Shown piece by piece: positions 9,673-18,636 of a stretch of 64,000 nucleotides of DNA. The translations under genes and the position numbers were made by a program. The stretch covers positions 5,495 through 69,494 of the forward strand of contig CAWJXW010000007.1 in NCBI GenBank assembly GCA_963846925.1, read 5' to 3'. A model generated the notes under the pieces. That model ran no database searches and had not been told where the DNA came from. It was given only the letters and a program-made list of their open reading frames with translations. How positions within the stretch are numbered: position 1 is the stretch's first letter; every line of letters starts with the position of its first letter. This DNA is from an uncultured Gemmatimonadaceae bacterium (GTDB lineage: Bacteria; Gemmatimonadota; Gemmatimonadetes; Gemmatimonadales; Gemmatimonadaceae).

Positions 9673-9840
9673 TTCAAGCTCCGGAGTTCGCGGTCGCGCG
9701 CCAACATTAGGAACCTAACTCTCGGAGCGGTGTCGCGCTGAAACCTGCGTAAAAGAGCGATTCTCGAGCGCGCGCAGGGCCAGTACTTGCGCTTTTCCGT
9801 GCGGCATAACTTGAAGCACGAAACGGCAACGGGAGCGTCC

Positions 9841-9954
9841 ATGCGAATCAGCGCGCGCAATCAGCTTGCGGGATCCGTCGAGTTCACCGGGCAAACCCGT
9901 CACCGTCATCGTGAAGTCCACCGAGGTGATCCTCGGTGTCGAGGACGCGAAGTG
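9841..9954 (+). pseudogene. remnant of a TOBE/Mop (molybdate-binding) domain gene
   Basis: ATG 9841 gives MRISARNQLAGSVE, a typical TOBE N-terminus. After about 14 codons the sense continues only in another frame as PGKPVTVIVKSTEVILGVEDAK* (a typical TOBE C-terminus). The middle roughly 30 aa of the domain is missing. Confidence 0.4.
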
Positions 9955-10146
9955 ATCGCGGGATTTGTCGAGGATTGATGAAGAGCGCAGCACTGGCGCC
10001 GATTGCGCTCGCGTTCCTCGCCTGCGGCCGAGGCGAACAGCCGGCCGCGCGATCGACGTGCGCTGACCCGCGGGACCGTCGGCGCAGCCAGATTGGACGG
10101 CCGTCGGCCTTGCCGAGGCCGTTTTTTGGATCGAAGGTTCCAGCCG

Positions 10147-11661
10147 ATGCAAGCCCCCGAAATTCGTCCACCGTTTCAGCTCGGGCCACTCGGCCGGACG
10201 GTTGCGCCGTTCTTGTCGGCCGCGATCGTCCTGTTCTTCGGCGTGCTGGCGTATCGCGGCGTGCAGACTACGCAAGACGCCGCGCGTCTCGTGACGCAGA
10301 CGCACCAGGTGATCGAGATGAACGGCGCGGTGTTGGCGCGGGTGGTCGATGCCGAGACTGGCGAGCGCGGGTACATCATCACGGGCGACTCGACGTTCCT
10401 CGCCCCGTACCGCGGCGCCGAACAGGATGCGATCGCGCACATCGACGACCTCCGTCGACTCGCCGCGGATAATCCATCGCAACAGGCGCGAATCGACACG
10501 CTGGCCGGCCTCGTGAGCCGGCGATTCACGGTGCTCGACGCGCGCATCCGCGCGCGACGGGAGCATGGGTTCGAGCGAGTTCAAACGGACTTCGCAGTCA
10601 ATGGAGGCGGAAAGCCCGAGATGGACTCGGCTCGCGCCGTCCTCGCCGCGATCGCGGGGACCGAGACACGGCTCCTCGAGACGCGGAGCGCGAGACAACG
10701 GGCGTACCAGACGGAAATCGCGTGGATCGTGATCCTGGGCGCTGGCGCCGCGGCTCTTCTCGCGCTTCTCATCAGTCTGATGTTGTCGCAATCGGCCGCG
10801 GTCGAGGCGCGCCTTTCACGCGAAGTGCGACACCGCGCCGACGACCTCGAGGCCGCAAATACTCAGTTGCAGGACCAGGCGACCGAGATGGAGATGTTGA
10901 ACGAAGAGCTGCAGACGACGAACGACCAGCTGGCCGAGCGGACTGTCGAAGCCGAGCAGGCGAATCGCGTCAAGGCTGATTTTCTCGCGAACATGAGCCA
11001 CGACCTTCGCACGCCGCTCAACGCAATCCTGGGCTACGTCGATCTGCTCGAGACAGGCGTGCATGGGCCGATGGGCGGCGAACAGGAGAACGACGTCCGT
11101 CGCATCAAGCGAAGCGCCGGCCATCTACGGGCGCTCATCACCGAGGTGTTGAATTTCGCGAAGATCGAGGCTGGGCAATTGCAATTGGCGATCGAGGACG
11201 TCCGTATGGATTCTGTTCTCGCGGAGTTGCGCCCGATTGTGGAACCGCAGGTCGCGGCCAAGGGCCTGAGCCTCCGCACGTCATGCCCGCCGGATCTAGT
11301 CGTCCGCGCAGACCGCGAAAAGGTCGATCAGATTCTGGTGAACCTCGCCGCCAACGCGATCAAGTTCACGAACGGCGGCGGCAGCGTGTCAATCGAGTGC
11401 CGTTCCGACGGCGCGTCGGTTCGAACCGAGGTGCGCGACACGGGGATTGGCATTCCTGCCGACCAACTCGACGCGATCTTCGTTCCCTTCGTGCAACTCG
11501 AGGCCAGCGCCCATCGCGGGAACGATCGTGGCGTCGGACTCGGACTGGCAATCAGCCGACAACTCGCGCGCGCCATGCGCGGCGACGTCGCGGTAGAAAG
11601 CGTGGTCGGCGGAGGTAGCACTTTCACGCTGCGGCTCCCCCGCGCGCCGCGCATGACATGA
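10147..11661 (+). CDS. CHASE3-domain sensor histidine kinase
   Basis: ORF 10003..11661, with the start taken at ATG 10147. It has a TM segment, then CHASE3-like VTQTHQVIEMNGAVLARVVDAETGERGYIITGD..L.PY, a second TM, and a coiled coil. The H-box is FLANMSHDLRTPLNAI. HATPase motifs are NLAANAIKFT, DTGIGIP and GLGLAI. Confidence 0.85.
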   Translation: MQAPEIRPPFQLGPLGRTVAPFLSAAIVLFFGVLAYRGVQTTQDAARLVTQTHQVIEMNGAVLARVVDAETGERGYIITGDSTFLAPYRGAEQDAIAHIDDLRRLAADNPSQQARIDTLAGLVSRRFTVLDARIRARREHGFERVQTDFAVNGGGKPEMDSARAVLAAIAGTETRLLETRSARQRAYQTEIAWIVILGAGAAALLALLISLMLSQSAAVEARLSREVRHRADDLEAANTQLQDQATEMEMLNEELQTTNDQLAERTVEAEQANRVKADFLANMSHDLRTPLNAILGYVDLLETGVHGPMGGEQENDVRRIKRSAGHLRALITEVLNFAKIEAGQLQLAIEDVRMDSVLAELRPIVEPQVAAKGLSLRTSCPPDLVVRADREKVDQILVNLAANAIKFTNGGGSVSIECRSDGASVRTEVRDTGIGIPADQLDAIFVPFVQLEASAHRGNDRGVGLGLAISRQLARAMRGDVAVESVVGGGSTFTLRLPRAPRMT

Positions 11662-13352
11662 GCAAACCCTTTGGAGGTCTCAGTCGAATGACTCCCCGCG
11701 TCGCAAGCCTCGTCGCTCTGTGTGCCGTCGTTCTACCGGGGATCGTGGCGGCGCAGGGACTCTCGTCCGACACTGCCGCGCGGATCGACGCCGTGTTCTC
11801 GCGCTATGGCGCGGACGGACCCGGGTGCGCGGTCAACGTCGCCCGCGACGACAAGTCCATCTACGCCAAGGGTTATGGTCTCGCGTCGCTCGAGCTGCGC
11901 GCGCCGATTACTCCCAAGACCGTCTTCGATCTGGGTTCGACGTCCAAACAGATCACCGCGGCGAGCGTGCTGCTGCTGGCCCACGACGGCAAGCTCTCGC
12001 TCGACGACGACATCAGGAAGTACATCCCGGAGCTGCCCGACCTCGGCGCGCGCGTCACGCTTCGCCACCTGCTCACGCACACGAGCGGGTGGCGCGATTA
12101 CACCGAGCTCATGACGCTCGACGGATGGGACGTGCGCGACCACACGACCGACCGTGAAGCGCTCGACGCCTTGAAGCGTCAACGCGCGCTCAATTTCCAG
12201 CCGGGGGCGGAGTGGCGCTACAGCAACACGGGCTACTTCCTGATGTCGCTCGTCGTGCAGCGGGCCAGCGGGCAGTCGCTCGCCGAGTTCGCTCGCCAGC
12301 GCATCTTCGTTCCACTCGGGATGACGCAGACGTTCTATCTCACCGATACTCGCCAAGTCGTTCCGAACAGAGCGACCGGGTACGATCCCGCGCCAAACGG
12401 CGGCTATTTCGTCGACATGTCCGACTGGGAACAGATCGGCGACGGCGGCGTGCAGAGCAGCGTGGAGGACCTCGCGCGATGGGACGCCAACTTCACGTCC
12501 GGCGTCGTGGGCGGCCGCGCGCTGCTCGACGAGCTCCAAACGCCCGCCAAGCTCGCGAACGGGACGACGCTCCAGTACGCGCTCGGGCTCAGCGTCGACA
12601 CCTATCGTGGCGTGAAGCGCGTCTCTCACGGCGGGGCGTGGGCCGGCTATCGGGCGATGACGATGCGCTTTCCGGCGCAGCACCTGTCGATCCTGCTGAC
12701 GTGCAATCGTGGAGATGCAAACACAAACCAGCTCGCGTCGAACGTGGCGAACGTCTTCTTGCCAGCGGAGCCGACACCGTCGCTCGCCGGGGCGGCGCGC
12801 GCGGCCGGGCACGTCGGCGCCGCCGCGCCGGGTGAAGCCGCGCGGTTCGCGGGGACATACCTGAGCGACGACGGCGGACTCGCGGTGTTCAGCGCGCGAG
12901 GAGATACGTTGTTCACCGGCCGATTTCCGCGCGCCCTCGCACTGGAAGTGCTCGGTCCGGGTCATTTCCGCAATGCAAACAACGGGAACGAGCAGCATTT
13001 CAGTCTGGAGCGCGGTGCACGTCGGCTGACGATCGTGCCTCCGACGCCAGGAGCTTCCCCCGCGAGCTTTCGAGGCGTCGACCCGGTCGGCGATACATCG
13101 AGTGCCAAGCTCGCGGAATACGCCGGGCGGTACACGAGCCCGGAGATCGGACACGACTTGGAGCTCGTCGTTCGCGACGGCCGACTCACGATGCACAACG
13201 AACGTGGCGAGGACGAGCCGCTCGTCCCGGCGTTCCTCGACGGTTTCTTCGGCCCCGCGCTCGTTCAATTCGAGCGTGATGCGAGCGGACGTGTGAAGTC
13301 GTTCACCTTCAGCACACGGGGCATTCAGGGACTCCGCCTGACTCGTCGTTGA
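11658..13352 (+). CDS. serine hydrolase, beta-lactamase/transpeptidase-like family
   Basis: 564 aa with a signal peptide and the active-site SxxK motif (GSTSKQITAAS). YSNTGY is present, and there is a long C-terminal extension. The start could instead be the ATG at 11688. Confidence 0.85.
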   Translation: MSKPFGGLSRMTPRVASLVALCAVVLPGIVAAQGLSSDTAARIDAVFSRYGADGPGCAVNVARDDKSIYAKGYGLASLELRAPITPKTVFDLGSTSKQITAASVLLLAHDGKLSLDDDIRKYIPELPDLGARVTLRHLLTHTSGWRDYTELMTLDGWDVRDHTTDREALDALKRQRALNFQPGAEWRYSNTGYFLMSLVVQRASGQSLAEFARQRIFVPLGMTQTFYLTDTRQVVPNRATGYDPAPNGGYFVDMSDWEQIGDGGVQSSVEDLARWDANFTSGVVGGRALLDELQTPAKLANGTTLQYALGLSVDTYRGVKRVSHGGAWAGYRAMTMRFPAQHLSILLTCNRGDANTNQLASNVANVFLPAEPTPSLAGAARAAGHVGAAAPGEAARFAGTYLSDDGGLAVFSARGDTLFTGRFPRALALEVLGPGHFRNANNGNEQHFSLERGARRLTIVPPTPGASPASFRGVDPVGDTSSAKLAEYAGRYTSPEIGHDLELVVRDGRLTMHNERGEDEPLVPAFLDGFFGPALVQFERDASGRVKSFTFSTRGIQGLRLTRR

Positions 13353-13364
13353 TTCAAGGCGCGG

Positions 13365-13904
13365 TCACGAGTGGCCAGCCCGCTCGGCCTCGAGAATGCG
13401 TACGATCCTCTCGACCGTGCTCCAACTGCGCGTCGTCACCGGCGAACCGACGAGTTTGTCGATCTGGCCGAGGTACCCGATCGTCTTCATGTGTCGCCGA
13501 TACTCGCCGAAGACGAACGGGTGGTTCATGCGGAGGATCCTGACGAGCCACTGTCCGGCACGCGGGAGTTGAAGAGGCAGCGACGCGTGGAGCGGGCTCG
13601 CCTTCGACAACACGCTGACGAATCGAACGACGTCACGACGGGCGGGCCGGGCTCCGTACGGTCGATCCGCATGAACGCGCAACAGGTCGCGCGCGTCGCA
13701 GACCATGACGTGCGTCTCGAACGGCAGCGCACCGCGCAAGGCTGCGGCAAATTCCGTTCGTTTTCCCGGATTGCGGACGACGAACGTCCCGGCGGCGCCG
13801 ACGTTCACGACGCCGTAGCGCTCGAGCTGGTTCGCCAGAACGCTCGGGCGAAACGTGCGATGCCCGCCGACGTTCACTCCTCGAAGAAAGACGACCAGCG
13901 CCAT
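13365..13904 (-). CDS. DUF1697-family protein
   Basis: 179 aa: MALVVFLRGVNVGGHRTFRPSVLANQLERYGVVNVGAAGTFVV. The LRGVNVGG...MxxL signature is characteristic of DUF1697. Confidence 0.75.
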   Translation of the reverse strand: MALVVFLRGVNVGGHRTFRPSVLANQLERYGVVNVGAAGTFVVRNPGKRTEFAAALRGALPFETHVMVCDARDLLRVHADRPYGARPARRDVVRFVSVLSKASPLHASLPLQLPRAGQWLVRILRMNHPFVFGEYRRHMKTIGYLGQIDKLVGSPVTTRSWSTVERIVRILEAERAGHS

Positions 13905-13909
13905 GTGAG

Positions 13910-14662
13910 TTAGGGCGACGAACGAAGCGGAATGACGGCGGGAGGCGCGCCGCGGTAGATCGGCCGGCCCCCGACGATCACTTGGACGCGGGTCACCGTG
14001 CTCGGCACGGAAACCAAGTAGGTCGCCCGCGACGAGGCCAAATTCCGCACGCGAAGCTCGCCCGGCAAGACGACAAAGTCGTCGCCACCCATTCCTGCGC
14101 CGCTCGCGACACGCGCGGAAATCGTCGTTGACGCAGTGCCCTCGATGGTCAGAAGGCCGGCGGCGGGTAGAGAGTCGAAGCGCATTGTGAACGCCGGTTC
14201 GGTCGGGGCGAAGGAAACGGTCGCCCCCGATCGGCTTTCCGTGCGCGCGGAATCGACGCTACGCGGTGGCGAAGCCGTCACCACGTTCGCTGGCGACCGC
14301 TCGAGCCGTCGCTCGATCCACGCGCGAATCGGGCTCGCCGCGGCAGCGGCGGCGACAACGATCACCGCCGCTGCCGCCTGCCACCCGGGTCGGCGCCACA
14401 CCGGATGAGCGCGATGCGCGCGGGCGGCGCGGACACGACGTAGAAATTCATTCTCATTCAACGGCGACACCGGAATTGACTCGAGCGACCGGCGCACCGC
14501 GCTTGCCCGCGCGGCCAGCGCGTCGAGTCGTGACCGACAATCGGCGCACTGCGCGACGTGTTCGTGGCTCGCTTCGAGTGCATCGTCGCTGTCGTGCAGC
14601 GCGAGGAGTGCGCCGTCGGGCAAGTGCGAACCCGGGGGCTGAGCCGCTGCCGGCGTCGTCAC
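13910..14662 (-). CDS. anti-sigma factor (zf-HC2-like N-terminus, one TM)
   Basis: 250 aa with H..VAQCADC (putative zinc-binding) near the N-terminus, then a TM span (WQAAAAVIVVAAAAAA). Its start overlaps the stop of the upstream ECF sigma gene. Confidence 0.65.
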   Translation of the reverse strand: MTTPAAAQPPGSHLPDGALLALHDSDDALEASHEHVAQCADCRSRLDALAARASAVRRSLESIPVSPLNENEFLRRVRAARAHRAHPVWRRPGWQAAAAVIVVAAAAAASPIRAWIERRLERSPANVVTASPPRSVDSARTESRSGATVSFAPTEPAFTMRFDSLPAAGLLTIEGTASTTISARVASGAGMGGDDFVVLPGELRVRNLASSRATYLVSVPSTVTRVQVIVGGRPIYRGAPPAVIPLRSSP

Positions 14663-15153
14663 AAGGCATCCCGGTCGAAGGTGGTCTCACGTGCCAGACG
14701 CTCGAGCGCGCGGGCAACCAGGGACCCGACAGAGCCCGTCGTCGTGCCGACCGCCTCGGCGATTTCGCGATGCGAGAATCCTTCCTCGCGCATGAGAACC
14801 GCGACGCGCTCCTTGTCGTTGAGTCGAGCGAGCGCGGCCATCACGATGCGTCTCCGTTCGTCGGCCTCGACGCCGGCGTGGGGATCTCGGGGCGCATCGG
14901 CCATCGTTCGTTCTCCTCGGCCGTCGAGGAGGCGTCCGCGCCGCGCGGCGGTGCGCCGTCCTTCGAGCACGTAGTTCGTGCCGACCTTGAACAACCACGC
15001 GCGCTCTGTCGGTCCGACGGGCGCACGGTCAAGAAGCCGAACGAACGCCTCCTGCGCGGCGTCGGCGGCGAAGTCGGGATCGCCGGAGAGCCGGACGAGA
15101 TAGCGATACAGCGCGTCATGATGATTCCTGAATAACTCGGCGGCACGGTCCAC
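14659..15153 (-). CDS. ECF-type RNA polymerase sigma-70 family factor
   Basis: 164 aa with region 2 (ALYRYLVRLSGDPDFAADAAQEAFVRL) and a region 4 HTH (LNDKERVAVLMREEGFSHREIAEAVGTTTGSVGSLVARALERL). Confidence 0.85.
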   Translation of the reverse strand: MDRAAELFRNHHDALYRYLVRLSGDPDFAADAAQEAFVRLLDRAPVGPTERAWLFKVGTNYVLEGRRTAARRGRLLDGRGERTMADAPRDPHAGVEADERRRIVMAALARLNDKERVAVLMREEGFSHREIAEAVGTTTGSVGSLVARALERLARETTFDRDAL

Positions 15154-15172
15154 GATGATTGGGGTGAAGACC

Positions 15173-17656
15173 TCACCGCATGATGAGCCGAAGCCCGATC
15201 GTCGGCGTCAGCTTGACCGGCGCCCCGAGCAGGTCATGGTCGCGGCACTGCGGGCTCACGACCGGCTGCGTTTGACCGTTCTCGCAGTAGCCGGAGATCT
15301 CGTACCACGTCGCGTTACGCCGTCCGAGCACGTTCTGCGCGCCCGCGAACGCGACGACGCCGAAGCCGCCAACGACCCGCGCGTAGTCCAACGAGAGGTC
15401 CAAGCTCGAGTACGCCGGCAAGCGCTGCGCGTTCGGCGCTTCGCGCACCGCCGTCTGTGCGCCTCCCGGTGAGGCGAGTGGCGAGGTCACGACGATGCGC
15501 GTGTACGGAGCGCCCGAAGTGAGCGTGTACGCGCTGCTCAGGTTGAAGCCGTTCAGGTGTAGCGAGACGGCGGCGTCCAAGGCGTGCGTCCGATCGGCCG
15601 GAGCGGGGAAGGACAATCCTCGCGCGCTCATGGTCGCCTTGCCGTAGCTGTACGCGAGCAACCCCGTCGCGCGGCCGACCAACATCCGCGCGCTGAGCTC
15701 GACGCCCTGCGCCGATTCGGTCGCGTCGACAAAGAGCGGACGGTGGAGCAACGACCCGGGCGTTGGATCGGCGGAAATTGCCCCCGAGGTATGGCGCGCG
15801 TACAGGTTGGCCGCCGCCAATACGCCGCGTCCGAACCATTGTTCGACACCAGCCATCGCGTTGTCCACGGACATGACCGGCACGCCATCGCCGCTCGTCA
15901 GCCATGACGTCGGTAGCGTCTGATTCTGGCCGACAACCGGCAGATCGAGCCCCTGCACGTACTGGTGTACGCGGCCGGCGCCGAGCGAAACGCGCGTGCC
16001 CGGCGAAAGCGCGAACAGCGCCTGCGCCGAGCCGGCAGGGCGAACCGCGTCAACGCCGGTCGCGCCGCCGACGTCGGCGCGCAATCCGGTTTCCAATGTC
16101 ACGCGCTCACCGATCGAAGTTCGTGTGTCGACCCACGCGCTGCCGTATCGCAGCCTGTTTCGCCGCGAGACGTGCGTCAGAGACGAATCCGGCCACGTGA
16201 GCTCCTGCTGCGTTCCGTCGATCGACGATCCGTCGACCGTGACGTCGTAGCCAACCGTCGTTACGTCTCGGGTCGACGCGCGAGTCTCGATGCGCCCGCT
16301 GAGCGTCGCGTAGTCGACGCTCGAGCGAACGGGTGACGAGACAAGGCTGCCAGCTGACATCTCCAACGTTCGGGCCGAGCTCGACGCGAAGCGCGAGATG
16401 CCGACGCTTTGCGACATCCCAAGCGTGCCGAGCGGCGCGAAAAAGGTGATGCGCCCTGCGGCATTGCTCCACGTTTGACTGGAGGCGCCCCCGAGGTCGG
16501 TGCCGTAAGTGCGCGCGTCGCTGGTGAACAGCCCGCTCGTCTCGAATCGCTTTCCGTTCCCGAGATCCGCGTCGCCCCGGAACGTCGCCTGCGCGTCGCT
16601 GTACGCGCGGCCCGAGAGCGCGTCCGAGGAAAGCCCGCGCAGCCAGCGTCCGAGCGAGTGCTGGCCGGTGAGCGCGAAACCAGCCGACGAATCGACGGTT
16701 GAATTCGCCACCGCGCCGGTGACGCCGAACTGTGACAGCTCGGTGGATCCGCGCCAATCGCCGCCCGTCCCCAGTGAGGGTCGCGAACGGAGATCGATGC
16801 GCGTCGCTCCTTCGCCGCCGACCAGGACCGAGCGCACGCCGGGGTGGAGAAACGCGCCGCCGATCGCATCGGCGCTCACTCCGGATGTGCGTCCCAGCAC
16901 GCCGAGCGGGTCGAAGAGTGGAAGCCCGTCGTAGTAGACGCGATCGTGATCCCAGCGATTCCCCCGCACCCACAGTTTGGCCGACCAATCGTCGAGCTGC
17001 GTGACGCCGGGCAGTCGCTGGAGCGATCGGAGCACATCGCTCCCGCCCAGTGTCGCCGACTCCGCGACGTCCGCGGTCGTGAGTTCGCGGACGTCCGTCG
17101 AAAGGAACGCCTCTTGTCGCGCGAGCGCCGCCGCGATGCGCCCGTCCCCCGCGTTCGCGCCCGGTGTGCCATCGTTGGTCAGACCGGGATCGTGCGCTCG
17201 GATCTCGACAGGTCGGAGACGAACGGGAAGGACGACCAACCCGACCGACACCGGCGTTGTCCCGGAGTCGCCCAGCCGGACCTCTATGGTCGCGGGCTCA
17301 TAGCCTACACGCTGGACCCGAAGACGATACGCTCCGATCGGCAAGTCGGAGAAGCGATACGTGCCATTCGCGGATGTCGTCACGGTCCGAGCGAGCGCCG
17401 AGGGCGACTGTGTTCGTGGATCGACGAGCAAGGCGAAACCATCGGCGGTGGTGAGCGTGACCGTCGCCCGCGAGAGAGGCGCCGCCGTAGACGCGTCGAT
17501 CACCGAGCCGCTGACCGTTCCCCCGGCGGAACCCGACGGCGCCGGCTGCTGCGCTCGCGCACTGGGCGCCGTGACGACAGCGGCCGTGGCAACGGCGGCC
17601 GCGACGATCGAGTGACGGACAGGTCGCGACAAACGCACCCCGTTGGTGAGCGTCAT
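15173..17656 (-). CDS. TonB-dependent receptor-like outer-membrane protein with N-terminal carboxypeptidase-regulatory-like domain
   Basis: 827 aa with a signal peptide, then GTVSGSVIDASTAAPLSRATVTL...GTYRFSDLPIGAYRLRVQRVGYE. Plug-like LQRLPGV...VRGN is present. The beta-rich C-terminus ends in an aromatic-rich barrel terminus (TIGLRLIMR). Confidence 0.75.
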   Translation of the reverse strand: MTLTNGVRLSRPVRHSIVAAAVATAAVVTAPSARAQQPAPSGSAGGTVSGSVIDASTAAPLSRATVTLTTADGFALLVDPRTQSPSALARTVTTSANGTYRFSDLPIGAYRLRVQRVGYEPATIEVRLGDSGTTPVSVGLVVLPVRLRPVEIRAHDPGLTNDGTPGANAGDGRIAAALARQEAFLSTDVRELTTADVAESATLGGSDVLRSLQRLPGVTQLDDWSAKLWVRGNRWDHDRVYYDGLPLFDPLGVLGRTSGVSADAIGGAFLHPGVRSVLVGGEGATRIDLRSRPSLGTGGDWRGSTELSQFGVTGAVANSTVDSSAGFALTGQHSLGRWLRGLSSDALSGRAYSDAQATFRGDADLGNGKRFETSGLFTSDARTYGTDLGGASSQTWSNAAGRITFFAPLGTLGMSQSVGISRFASSSARTLEMSAGSLVSSPVRSSVDYATLSGRIETRASTRDVTTVGYDVTVDGSSIDGTQQELTWPDSSLTHVSRRNRLRYGSAWVDTRTSIGERVTLETGLRADVGGATGVDAVRPAGSAQALFALSPGTRVSLGAGRVHQYVQGLDLPVVGQNQTLPTSWLTSGDGVPVMSVDNAMAGVEQWFGRGVLAAANLYARHTSGAISADPTPGSLLHRPLFVDATESAQGVELSARMLVGRATGLLAYSYGKATMSARGLSFPAPADRTHALDAAVSLHLNGFNLSSAYTLTSGAPYTRIVVTSPLASPGGAQTAVREAPNAQRLPAYSSLDLSLDYARVVGGFGVVAFAGAQNVLGRRNATWYEISGYCENGQTQPVVSPQCRDHDLLGAPVKLTPTIGLRLIMR

Positions 17657-18429
17657 TTGATCGTCAACGGGATCACGTTCGCGCGAGGGCCGGTGTTCGC
17701 AAAGAACGGTTTGGTCTGCTGATCATTGGGGTAGCAACCGCACGTCGCGGACGTCACGTACGCCGCCGCGAAAACGTGTGCGCCCACCCCGAATGTCGAG
17801 CGCATGTCCTCCACCCGCAACGGGATCGAAAACGTCGAGGACTTGCCGGTGCGGTCGAGGGAAGTGCCCCACTGCCCGTATGACGTGGTGTCGGGAGACA
17901 CTGCGGAGGTCCTTCCGATGAATGCCACCGTCGCCACAGCCTTCGCGTTCGTCGGCGGGGGATCCGACAGATGGCCGTTGATCCAGTAGTAGTCCTTGCC
18001 CGCGATCGTCTCGATGTGAATGCTGTCGATGATCGCCTGCTCCCACGGCGGCATCGCCATGAAAATCGTTGGTGCCGTCGTCGAGGGGCCGTCCACCGTC
18101 TGTCCGGGAACTCTCACGGTCCCGAACGTTGCCTTCTTGAAGGTGACGTCGTGCCGGCCGGCGGGCACGCCGTCGATGCGCCACGCGCCCGCCGTGTCCG
18201 TGACCCCAAGGTTCGAAAGTCCATCGATGCTCACCGTGACGCCGGAAAAATCGGCGAGCGTCGTGGCCCACGAATCCTGCAGCACGACTGTGCCGGCCAG
18301 CGTGCCGGTCGACGGGCTCGTGGCATCACGGCAGCCCAAGAGAAGGGTCGCGGCGATCGGGAGTCCTCGGCGCCAGGAGGGAGTCGTTCGGCGGACGCCG
18401 CGGCCGTGCCGATCGCGTCGCCAGTGCAT
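17653..18429 (-). CDS. putative lipoprotein with carboxypeptidase-regulatory-like domain
   Basis: ORF 17653..18660, with the start taken at ATG 18429 (MHWRR...IAATLLLGC lipobox-like). GTVVLQD...WRIDGVPAGRHDVTFKKATFG is present. The stop overlaps the TBDR start (ATGA). Confidence 0.55.
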   Translation of the reverse strand: MHWRRDRHGRGVRRTTPSWRRGLPIAATLLLGCRDATSPSTGTLAGTVVLQDSWATTLADFSGVTVSIDGLSNLGVTDTAGAWRIDGVPAGRHDVTFKKATFGTVRVPGQTVDGPSTTAPTIFMAMPPWEQAIIDSIHIETIAGKDYYWINGHLSDPPPTNAKAVATVAFIGRTSAVSPDTTSYGQWGTSLDRTGKSSTFSIPLRVEDMRSTFGVGAHVFAAAYVTSATCGCYPNDQQTKPFFANTGPRANVIPLTIK

Positions 18430-18636
18430 GTCGTTCACGTGTCTCGAAGCCGGTGTGTTGTGTGAGGTGGGAGCGCGCGGAGTGACGCGAGGCGGCGGCT
18501 CCGTGGCGCCGTCCCTCCTTGTAATGCGCGACAGGCGCCGTTTCTGTCGTCGACGTGGTAGCCGGGTCACGCTTCCAACCCTACTTTCTGTCCGTCGCCC
18601 CCTCCCGCATTCCGTCTCTCCCCGCAAGACGCCAAC

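Noticed and set aside
9673-9840. Possible Moco riboswitch upstream of the TOBE remnant (CUCUCGGAGCGG ... GAAACGG...GGGAG)
   Set aside because: There is only loose resemblance to the conserved Moco-motif strings, and I cannot establish the P1/P2 pairing by hand. The downstream gene is degraded. This should be tested with Rfam RF01055 before any claim.
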